Shown: piece after piece, positions 48,672-56,636 of the stretch
How the letters are laid out: the number at the start of each line of letters is the position of its first letter
Position numbering within the stretch: position 1 is the first letter of the stretch
NCBI GenBank assembly: GCA_045600405.1
Contig: JAZRXV010000142.1
Span: 15,261 to 79,260, forward strand
DNA: 64,000 nucleotides
Source of the DNA: Candidatus Cryptobacteroides sp.
Lineage (GTDB): Bacteria > Bacteroidota > Bacteroidia > Bacteroidales > UBA932
Reading direction: 5' to 3'
The notes under the pieces: model-generated
Told to the model about the DNA's origin: nothing
Databases searched by the model: none
What the model saw: only the letters and a program-made list of their open reading frames with translations
Position numbers and translations under genes: made by a program

Positions 48672-51148
48672 AACTCTCATTTTCAACAAGAGGCTGGACC
48701 GATCTCGGCTGGGATGAGGTTATGCAGAGCGCCTGCGAGATGCGTTTCTCGGGGATAGAGGTATATAATGTATTCAAGAGCCCGGAACTTACGGGCATAG
48801 GCGGACCTTTCCACAAATATTCCGTCATGCAGACCGCCAGAGGTCTCAGGGGGCGTGGCTTGACCATACCGTGCTTCGACAGTTCCAACGATATTTCCGA
48901 AGACGGTGCAGGGATGCTGACTGAAGTCGGAGACCTTATCCGCCTGGCGTCCGATATGGGATCCGGCTATGTCTGTGTCTTTGCAAAGGAGGACAGACAG
49001 GACGTGATAAGGCGGAATCTTGACAGTCTGATACCGCTCGCCCGTCAGAAGGGTGTGACCATACTTATCAAGACCAGCGGAGTCTTTTCGGATACATCCC
49101 TTCTGCGTGCGCTCATGGACGATTTTGCCTGTGACCAGATCGCTGTGCTCTGGGATGTGCATCATCCATACAGGGACAAGGGCGAGAACCCTGTGGATTC
49201 AATCAAGAACCTCGGTGCCTATGTCAGACATGTGCATCTGAGGGACAGCGATGACAGCGGTGCATATTGTATGGTAGGGGAAGGCACTTTCCCTCTGGCC
49301 GAGGTCATGAGGTCGTTGTCCTCCATTGACTATGATGGTTATGTCTCATTGGAATGGAAGCCTGACTGGATGCGGGAGATGGTCGACAGGGACGTGATCT
49401 TCCCATATTTCGTCAATTACATGGAGCGTTTCGAACGGGTCGATCCGCGCCGTAAGGACAGACTTTATCCCAACCATGACGGAAGCGGGTACTATGTATG
49501 GAAAAAGGATGATCTCATCGATCTGACCTTCTCCAAGGTGCTTGACAGGATGGTCGAAGAATTCCCTGACCAGTATTGCTTCAAATACACGACTTTGGAC
49601 TATACCAGGACTTATTCGGAATTCCGCAGGGATGTTGACGATTTTGCAAGGGCTCTGGTGTCGCTTGGCGTCCGTCCCGGAAGCAAGGTCAGCGTATGGG
49701 CTACCAATGTACCGGCATGGTACATTACTTTCTGGGCAACGGTGAAGATAGGTGCCGTCCTCGTGACCATGAACACCGCATACAAGTCCCATGAGGCCGA
49801 GTATCTGCTCAGGCAGTCCGACACCCATACCCTTGTCATGATTGACAGCAGCCTTGACTCCAACTATCGCAAGATAATAAACGAACTCTGTCCTGAGATA
49901 AAGAAGAGCGTGGCGGGGGAGCCCCTTCATTGCTCGAGACTTCCTTTCCTCAGGAATGTCATATCGGTAGGTTTCAAGCAGAAAGGCTGCCTCACATTCG
50001 AGGAAGCCATGGCGCGCAAGGCCATGGTGCCGTATGAAACAGTGGCCGGTATGGCGGCTGAAGTGCGTCCGGACGATGTATGCAACATGCAGTACACCTC
50101 CGGGACCACCGGATTCCCGAAGGGAGTGATGCTCACGCATTACAATGTCGTGAACAATGGTAAATGTATCGGCGACAGGATGGGTCTTTCCACGGCGGAC
50201 AGGATGATGATACAGGTTCCTATGTTCCATTGTTTCGGCATGGTGCTTTCCATGACCTCTTCGATCACCCATGGGGCGACACTATGCCCTATGCCTTATT
50301 TCTCCGCCAAGTCTTCGCTGTCCTGTATCAATCAGGAGCATATCACCTGCTTCAACGGGGTGCCGACCATGTTCATAGCCATGTTCAACCATCCGGATTA
50401 CCGCAAGACGGATTTCTCCTATATGCGTACGGGCATAATGGCCGGTTCGGGCTGCCCTCCGGAACTTATGCGCAGGGCTGCCAGGCCGGATGAGATGAAT
50501 ATGCGCGGGATAGTGAGCGTTTACGGTCAGACCGAGACCGCCCCGGGATGCACGATGTCATCATGGACGGACAGCATTGACGTCAGGTGCGACACTGTAG
50601 GATATCCGTTCCCTCATGTCCAGTGCAAGGTGATAAATCCTGAGACCGGAGAGCCTGTGAAGCCGGGTGAAAACGGGGAGTTCTGCTCCCGCGGATACAA
50701 TACCATGAAGGGCTATTACAAGATGCCGGATGCCACGGCACAGGCTATAGACGCTGATGGATGGATGCATTCCGGGGATCTGGCATGTGCTGATGAGGAT
50801 GGGAACTACCGCATCACCGGCCGTCTTAAGGATATGATAATCCGTGGTGGTGAGAACCTGTATCCTAAGGAGATAGAGGAATTTATCTATACTCATCCTT
50901 TCGTGAAGGATGTGCAGGTCATCGCTATCCCTGACAAGAAATATGGGGAGGAGGCAATGGCATGCATAGTGCTGAAGGATGGCTGCAGTATCACCGAGCC
51001 TGAGATGCGCGAGTATATCACCGGGCATCTGGCACGTCACAAGGTCCCGAAATACATCGAATTCGTCGAAGGTTTCCCTATGAATGCTGCAGGAAAGGTC
51101 CTGAAGTACAAGATGAGGGAAGAATATATCGCCAAGCTTGGCTTGTAG
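48668..51148 (+). CDS. Xylose-isomerase-like TIM barrel fused to an AMP-dependent acyl-CoA synthetase
   Basis: WDVHH, HVHLRD, SLEW in aa 1-250; QYTSGTTGFPKG, YGQTE, GRLKDMIIRGGEN, GKVLK after; TTG start overlaps the upstream TGA. Confidence 0.85.
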   Translation: MKLSFSTRGWTDLGWDEVMQSACEMRFSGIEVYNVFKSPELTGIGGPFHKYSVMQTARGLRGRGLTIPCFDSSNDISEDGAGMLTEVGDLIRLASDMGSGYVCVFAKEDRQDVIRRNLDSLIPLARQKGVTILIKTSGVFSDTSLLRALMDDFACDQIAVLWDVHHPYRDKGENPVDSIKNLGAYVRHVHLRDSDDSGAYCMVGEGTFPLAEVMRSLSSIDYDGYVSLEWKPDWMREMVDRDVIFPYFVNYMERFERVDPRRKDRLYPNHDGSGYYVWKKDDLIDLTFSKVLDRMVEEFPDQYCFKYTTLDYTRTYSEFRRDVDDFARALVSLGVRPGSKVSVWATNVPAWYITFWATVKIGAVLVTMNTAYKSHEAEYLLRQSDTHTLVMIDSSLDSNYRKIINELCPEIKKSVAGEPLHCSRLPFLRNVISVGFKQKGCLTFEEAMARKAMVPYETVAGMAAEVRPDDVCNMQYTSGTTGFPKGVMLTHYNVVNNGKCIGDRMGLSTADRMMIQVPMFHCFGMVLSMTSSITHGATLCPMPYFSAKSSLSCINQEHITCFNGVPTMFIAMFNHPDYRKTDFSYMRTGIMAGSGCPPELMRRAARPDEMNMRGIVSVYGQTETAPGCTMSSWTDSIDVRCDTVGYPFPHVQCKVINPETGEPVKPGENGEFCSRGYNTMKGYYKMPDATAQAIDADGWMHSGDLACADEDGNYRITGRLKDMIIRGGENLYPKEIEEFIYTHPFVKDVQVIAIPDKKYGEEAMACIVLKDGCSITEPEMREYITGHLARHKVPKYIEFVEGFPMNAAGKVLKYKMREEYIAKLGL

Positions 51149-51172
51149 AATACTGAAATCTTAACCTGTCTG

Positions 51173-52753
51173 TCAGGCCTCTTCTTCATCGGCAAGTGAA
51201 GAGGAGGCCTTTACAGTAACTGTGCGTTCGTAGCATTTGAACATGGAGTCTATCTTCTCCTTGTCGGCGACCTTCGAGAATAAACTGACTGCCGGTACGA
51301 CCACCATTCCTGAAAGCATTGCGAGTACGCCGGCATTGATAGGTGAAGTGAAGTACGGTGAAAGGAAGGTCTTTCCTGTGAAAGTGCAGTACATGCAAGC
51401 GCACATGATAAGGACTCCGACAGCAAAACTTACCCATACTGAGGCTTTGGTGGTGCGTTTCCAATAAAGGCCATAGAGGAACGGGGCGAGGAATGCTCCT
51501 GCCAGGGCACCCCAGGATATGCCCATAAGTTGGGCGATGAAGGTGACCGAACTCTTTGCCTGTATGATTGCAAGGACGGATGAGACCGCTATGAAGAACA
51601 ATACGAAAATGCGTATCCAGCCGAGTTTCGCCTTGTCGCTCATGCGCTTTCCTGTATGTTCGGCGGCGGGTGCTATGATGTCCAGGGTCAGGGTGGACCC
51701 TGATGTGAGTACCAGTGATGACAGGGTGGACATCGATGCCGAAAGGACAAGGATTATCACGATGGCGATCATTAGGTCAGGCAGGGACTCGAGCATGGAA
51801 GGAACAATGCTGTCGTATACGGGTGCTCCTGCTGCCGTATACTCGATGGTCCCTGAGTACAGCCTGCCGAAACCTCCGAGGAAGTAGCATCCTCCTGCGA
51901 CGATCAGGGCAAACATGGTGGAGATGAACGTTCCTTTGCGGATTGCGTCCTCGTCACGGATTGCGTAGAATTTGCCGACCATCTGAGGAAGTCCCCAAGT
52001 TCCGAGAGATGTCAGAAGGACGACACCAAGAAGATATATCGGCTGAGGGCCGAGGAAGGAAACGAACGCTCCATTAAGCCCCGGTGCGCTTTCTGCCTGA
52101 ATTGATGAAAGGCTCTGGACAGCCTGTGTGAAACCTCCGTTGAATTTCAGTACCGAGAATACCACGGCGCAGATTCCCACAAGCATTATCAAACCTTGTA
52201 TGAAGTCGTTGATTGCAGTTGCCATATAACCTCCCACCAGGACATATATGCCGGTCAGGATTGCCATGGCAAGCACGCACCATGCATAGTCGATGCCGAA
52301 AGCCATGCCGAACAGGCGTGACAGACCGTTATACAGGGATGCGGTGTAAGGAATCAGGAATACGAAGACAATTACTGAAGCCGCGACCTTGAGTGCCCTG
52401 GAACCGAATCGTGCGCCGAAGAAATCGGGCATTGTTGCACTGTGCAGATGCTGTGTCAGCAGACGGGTGCGCCTTCCGAGTATCCTCCAGGCCAGCAGGG
52501 AGCCGATAAGTGCATTTCCGAGTCCTATCCAGGTTGATGCGAGGCCGTATTTCCATCCGAACTGTCCTGCATATCCCACGAAGATGACGGCGGAGAAATA
52601 GGATGTTCCGAATGCGAAGGCTGTAAGCCAGGAACCGACATTGCGTCCTCCGAGGACGAAACCCTGTACGTTTGACGCGGTCTTGCGGCAATAGATGCCT
52701 ACACCGATCATAATGGCGAAGAATATCGCCAGGAGAGAAATCTTGAGAAACAT
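51173..52753 (-). CDS. Sodium:solute symporter family transporter
   Basis: FVLGGR, SYFSAVIFVG, DFIQG, LSASMSTLSS; multiple TM helices; own TACCTTTG promoter near 52777-52784. Confidence 0.9.
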   Translation of the reverse strand: MFLKISLLAIFFAIMIGVGIYCRKTASNVQGFVLGGRNVGSWLTAFAFGTSYFSAVIFVGYAGQFGWKYGLASTWIGLGNALIGSLLAWRILGRRTRLLTQHLHSATMPDFFGARFGSRALKVAASVIVFVFLIPYTASLYNGLSRLFGMAFGIDYAWCVLAMAILTGIYVLVGGYMATAINDFIQGLIMLVGICAVVFSVLKFNGGFTQAVQSLSSIQAESAPGLNGAFVSFLGPQPIYLLGVVLLTSLGTWGLPQMVGKFYAIRDEDAIRKGTFISTMFALIVAGGCYFLGGFGRLYSGTIEYTAAGAPVYDSIVPSMLESLPDLMIAIVIILVLSASMSTLSSLVLTSGSTLTLDIIAPAAEHTGKRMSDKAKLGWIRIFVLFFIAVSSVLAIIQAKSSVTFIAQLMGISWGALAGAFLAPFLYGLYWKRTTKASVWVSFAVGVLIMCACMYCTFTGKTFLSPYFTSPINAGVLAMLSGMVVVPAVSLFSKVADKEKIDSMFKCYERTVTVKASSSLADEEEA

Positions 52754-52795
52754 GACCAACTATGCTACTAACAGCACAAAGGTAAGAAATATATG

Positions 52796-53698
52796 TTATA
52801 AAACCATCCCTGACGAATGTCTGTTCTGATTGCGGAATTCGGATGCTGTGATTCCGACATATTGCTTGAAGGCGCAGCAGAACCTGCTGGCGGACTCGTA
52901 GCCTGTTTCGAACGCTATCTCCTTTATACTTTTGTCGGAAGATGTGAGCAGTGTCTTGGCGTGGTTCATCCTCTGGTTGAGGGAGTATTCCGCCATGGAC
53001 ATCCCCGTTATTGTCTTGAACTGGTCCCGGAGCAGGGAATAGCTCATGCCGAGCTGTGAGGCTATCTCGGAAGGGGAGATGTGCGCTGAAAGGTCTTCCC
53101 TCAGCAGTATCTGGGCTTTCTGTATCTTTTCAAGATTCTTTATCCTCGTGGCCGAAGCGTTGGCAATTTTGTGATAGACATACCCCAGGAGTGCGTAGAT
53201 GAAACCTCCTATGGCCTGCTGGCTTCCGAGTTTATCCGAATTTGCCAGATACAGGATGCGTCCATAGATGTCGAACACGGTATCGCTGCTGCCTATCGGC
53301 AGGACAGGATTCTGCCTGCTGAAGAAATTGCCTATCATGGCATCCAGATGACTGTCTCCGCGGAATCCCACCCATATCTCGGTCCATCCGGTTTCTTCTT
53401 CCGGACAGTATTCGTGCTCTTCGCCGGGGAACACTATTATCATGTCCCCTTCGCTGACCTTCGTGCGGGGACATGACTTGCTCCAGAAGTAACCCTGCCC
53501 GCTTGTTATGTACACCAGCTGGTATTCGTCAAGGGTGCGGCCGCTGCCCGGGAAAAGATATTTTTCCGGGTGGGGAAGCGAAGGATAGAGGGTGTGGGGA
53601 GCGCTCGTCTGCTTGCCGACTGTGGTGCATACGAGCCCCCATAATTCATCTTTGCCCTGGTGGGCGAGATAATGCATCCTGTCTTCTTTTGCAATCAT
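52796..53698 (-). CDS. AraC-family transcriptional regulator
   Basis: Cupin-like N-terminus GRTLDEYQLVYI, PGEEHEY; C-terminal SIKEIAFETGY...F...FK...G.T.SEFR. Confidence 0.92.
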   Translation of the reverse strand: MIAKEDRMHYLAHQGKDELWGLVCTTVGKQTSAPHTLYPSLPHPEKYLFPGSGRTLDEYQLVYITSGQGYFWSKSCPRTKVSEGDMIIVFPGEEHEYCPEEETGWTEIWVGFRGDSHLDAMIGNFFSRQNPVLPIGSSDTVFDIYGRILYLANSDKLGSQQAIGGFIYALLGYVYHKIANASATRIKNLEKIQKAQILLREDLSAHISPSEIASQLGMSYSLLRDQFKTITGMSMAEYSLNQRMNHAKTLLTSSDKSIKEIAFETGYESASRFCCAFKQYVGITASEFRNQNRHSSGMVL

Positions 53699-53722
53699 TG
53701 GAGCGGGTGGATGGGTTCACTG

Positions 53723-53793
53723 CAAATATAGCATATATTTTATGTTTTTGCCAAAAGTTCGGGTCCGCCTCTCCGGTCTGGCAAAAACATAAA
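53723..53793. promoter_or_regulatory. araC -7 promoter plus a 15-bp inverted-repeat operator candidate
   Basis: TATATTTG on - (53723-53730); TTTATGTTTTTGCCA (53739-53753) / TGGCAAAAACATAAA (53779-53793). Confidence 0.6.
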
Positions 53794-53882
53794 TCCTTAT
53801 GTTATTTTCGGGAAATAAGTTCCCCGTATTTTTCGTTTCTTTGTTATAACTGAAATCAGGCAAAACTTTAACCGATATAACA

Positions 53883-55226
53883 ATGGCAAATGTTGTAATC
53901 ATGCCCAAGCAGGGCCAGTCAGTCGAAAGCTGTATTGTAACGGAATTCAAGAAAAAAGTCGGAGACAAAGTATCTGCAGGCGAGGTCCTGTTCAGCTACG
54001 AGACCGACAAGGCTTCTTTCGAGGAGGAGTCAAAATTCGACGGTACCGTACTTGCGTGCTTCTTCAATGACGGGGATGAAATCCCTTGTCTGACAAACGT
54101 AATGGTGATAGGAAACGAAGGCGAGTCCGTGGACGAGTTCAAGCCGTCGGCGGGCGGTGCATCGGATAGTGCCGCGCAGGCTGTGTCCGAGGAGTCTTCA
54201 GTCCAGGTTGAGGAGGAAGCGCCGTCCTTTGCTTCCGGTCCGGTGGTGGCCGGGGCTCCTGTGTCTCCGCGTGCACGTAAGCTGGCGGTAGAGACGGGAG
54301 TGGATCCGTCCACCGTAGCAGGCTCAGGTCCTTACGGACGGATAATAGAGCGCGATATCGAGGCTGCCGCTGCGTCACGTCCGGCCCTTAGCGGACTTGC
54401 CCGGGCAAAGATGGCGGAAGGCGGATATGCCGCACCGCAGCATGGCTCCGGCCTTGCCGGAATGGCAAAAGGTGGCGACCTCAAAGTGTGCAAGCCTAAC
54501 CATACGGACATTGCAGGAGAAGGCTCCGAATTTCAGGTGGTCAAGATGAGCAACATGCGCAAGCTCATCGCCAAGTCCATGTACAATTCCCTGCAGAATT
54601 CCGCTCAGCTCACTCATATGCTCGGTGCTGACGCCCGCAGGATACAGGCTCTCCGCAAGAAGGCCAAGAAGGCTCTCGAGGAAGGCCGCATAGATGCCAA
54701 CATCACCATCAATGACTTCGTCTGCTTTGCAGTTGTCAAGGCTCTCCAGAAGTTCCCTAACCTCAATTCCCACTGCCTCGGTGATTCCATGAGGCTCTTC
54801 AGCTCAGTCAACCTCGGTTGCGCAGTCGATACCGAGCGCGGTCTCATGGTGCCTGCAGTGCTCCATGCCGATGAACTTAACATAATCGGTCTCAGCAAGC
54901 AGCTCAAGAAGATCGCTGAAGATGCGAAGAAGGGCTGCGTGAATCCTGACCTCCTTTCTCCGGAAGCCGCGTCATTCACCGTATCCAACCTCGGCGGTTT
55001 CGGAGTGGAATGGTTCACTCCTATAATCAACGTTCCTCAGAGTGCTATCCTTGGGGTCGGAACCATCGTCCCTCGTCCTAAGGACCTCGGCGGCGGAGTG
55101 TATGCGTTTGTGCCGTACATGGGCCTGTCCCTTACCTATGACCATCGCGCTGTCGATGGTGGCGAGGCAACCCGTTTCCTCAAGCAGATCGCGGTCGAAA
55201 TAGAAAACCTTGAAGTTGAATTTTAA
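53883..55226 (+). CDS. Dihydrolipoamide acyltransferase (E2)
   Basis: Lipoyl ETDKA; E3-binding SPRARKLA..GSGPYGRI; catalytic DHRAVDG. Confidence 0.92.
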   Translation: MANVVIMPKQGQSVESCIVTEFKKKVGDKVSAGEVLFSYETDKASFEEESKFDGTVLACFFNDGDEIPCLTNVMVIGNEGESVDEFKPSAGGASDSAAQAVSEESSVQVEEEAPSFASGPVVAGAPVSPRARKLAVETGVDPSTVAGSGPYGRIIERDIEAAAASRPALSGLARAKMAEGGYAAPQHGSGLAGMAKGGDLKVCKPNHTDIAGEGSEFQVVKMSNMRKLIAKSMYNSLQNSAQLTHMLGADARRIQALRKKAKKALEEGRIDANITINDFVCFAVVKALQKFPNLNSHCLGDSMRLFSSVNLGCAVDTERGLMVPAVLHADELNIIGLSKQLKKIAEDAKKGCVNPDLLSPEAASFTVSNLGGFGVEWFTPIINVPQSAILGVGTIVPRPKDLGGGVYAFVPYMGLSLTYDHRAVDGGEATRFLKQIAVEIENLEVEF

Positions 55227-55241
55227 AACAAATATCATATC

Positions 55242-56621
55242 ATGTACGATTTAGCGATTATCGGTGCGGGTCCCGGCGGTTATGTTGCAGCCGAGCGTGC
55301 AGGTGCGAAAGGCCTCAGCGTGGTGCTTTTCGAAAAGAATGAACTTGGTGGCGTATGTCTCAACGAGGGCTGTATCCCGACCAAGACTCTCCTTTACAGT
55401 GCCAAGGTGTTTGATTATGCGAGACATTCTGACAAGTATGGAGTGAAGGTGGAGAACGCCGAAGTTGACTTCCCTGAGATAATGAAGCGCAAGACCAAAG
55501 TCGTCCGCAAGCTTGTCGGTGGAGTCAAGGCCAAGATGAAGGGCGCAAAGGTGGAGGTTGTCAAGGGAGAGGCCATGATCCAGGGCCGTTCTGCCGAAGG
55601 TATCACCATCAAGTGCGGCGATGCGGACTATCAGGTGCGCAACCTCCTTATCTGCACCGGATCCGAGGCTACGGTTCCTCCTATCCCTGGACTTAAGGAT
55701 GCAGGTGACGTCATTGCGACCAACCGTGAGATCCTTTCCCTCGAAGAGCAGCCGAAGGAACTTGTCATCATCGGCGGTGGAGTTATTGGAATGGAGTTCG
55801 CAAGTTTCTTCAACAGCATTGGTACAAAGGTTACCGTTGTCGAGATGCTTCCGAAGATACTCGGACCGCTTGATGATGAGATCAGCGGCATGCTCCAGGG
55901 CATATATGAGAAGAAGGGCGTGGAGTTCAATCTCCGCTGCAAGGTCGTCGGCATCGAGGGCAATACCGTCGTTTACGAGGATCCTGAAGGAAAGACCTGC
56001 CGCGTCAGCGGTGACAGGATACTTGTCAGCGTGGGGCGCCGTGCCAATATCCAGGGCTTCGGTCTGGAGAATCTCGGTATCGAGCTGGCAAAGAATCCTG
56101 CCGGACGTCCTTACGGCATCAAGGTGGATGACCGCATGCGTACCAATATCCCTAACGTGTATGCTGCAGGTGACGTCACGGGCTTCAGCCTGCTTGCGCA
56201 CACTGCAAGCCGTGAAGGCGAGGTTGCAATCAATAATATTTGCGGAGTCGAGGATCATATGAGGTATGATGCGATCCCTGGTGTCGTGTACACCAATCCT
56301 GAGGTGGCCGGTGTCGGTCTTACCGAGCAGGAGGCTGCGGCCAAGGGTACAGACTGCACTGTGGTCAAGCTTCCGATGGCATATGCCGGACGCTTTGTCG
56401 CCGAGAATGAAGGCGGCGAGGGAATATGCAAGGTCATCGTTGGCAAGAAGCACCACGAGGTGCTCGGTGTCCACATGCTCGGCAACCCTTGCTCCGAGAT
56501 GATACACAGCGCCTGCATAGCAATCGAGGCCGAGATGACGGTCGAGCAGCTCAAGGAAGTCGTGTTCCCTCATCCTACAGTGTCAGAAATAGTCAAGGAA
56601 ACAATATTCACATTGAAATAA
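55242..56621 (+). CDS. lpdA: Dihydrolipoamide dehydrogenase (E3)
   Basis: GAGPGG, GGVCLNEGCIP, GGGVIG, HPTVSE. Confidence 0.95.
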   Translation: MYDLAIIGAGPGGYVAAERAGAKGLSVVLFEKNELGGVCLNEGCIPTKTLLYSAKVFDYARHSDKYGVKVENAEVDFPEIMKRKTKVVRKLVGGVKAKMKGAKVEVVKGEAMIQGRSAEGITIKCGDADYQVRNLLICTGSEATVPPIPGLKDAGDVIATNREILSLEEQPKELVIIGGGVIGMEFASFFNSIGTKVTVVEMLPKILGPLDDEISGMLQGIYEKKGVEFNLRCKVVGIEGNTVVYEDPEGKTCRVSGDRILVSVGRRANIQGFGLENLGIELAKNPAGRPYGIKVDDRMRTNIPNVYAAGDVTGFSLLAHTASREGEVAINNICGVEDHMRYDAIPGVVYTNPEVAGVGLTEQEAAAKGTDCTVVKLPMAYAGRFVAENEGGEGICKVIVGKKHHEVLGVHMLGNPCSEMIHSACIAIEAEMTVEQLKEVVFPHPTVSEIVKETIFTLK

Positions 56622-56636
56622 TTAAATCCCAATACC

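Noticed and set aside
53739-53793. Invertible promoter
   Set aside because: The 25-bp spacer contains no promoter box and there is no recombinase nearby; an operator is more parsimonious.
55251-56573. 440-aa antisense ORF (similarly 49346-50272, 28732-29586, 5002-5850, 34195-35013)
   Set aside because: Shadow frames of well-supported genes caused by codon bias; no recognisable motifs.
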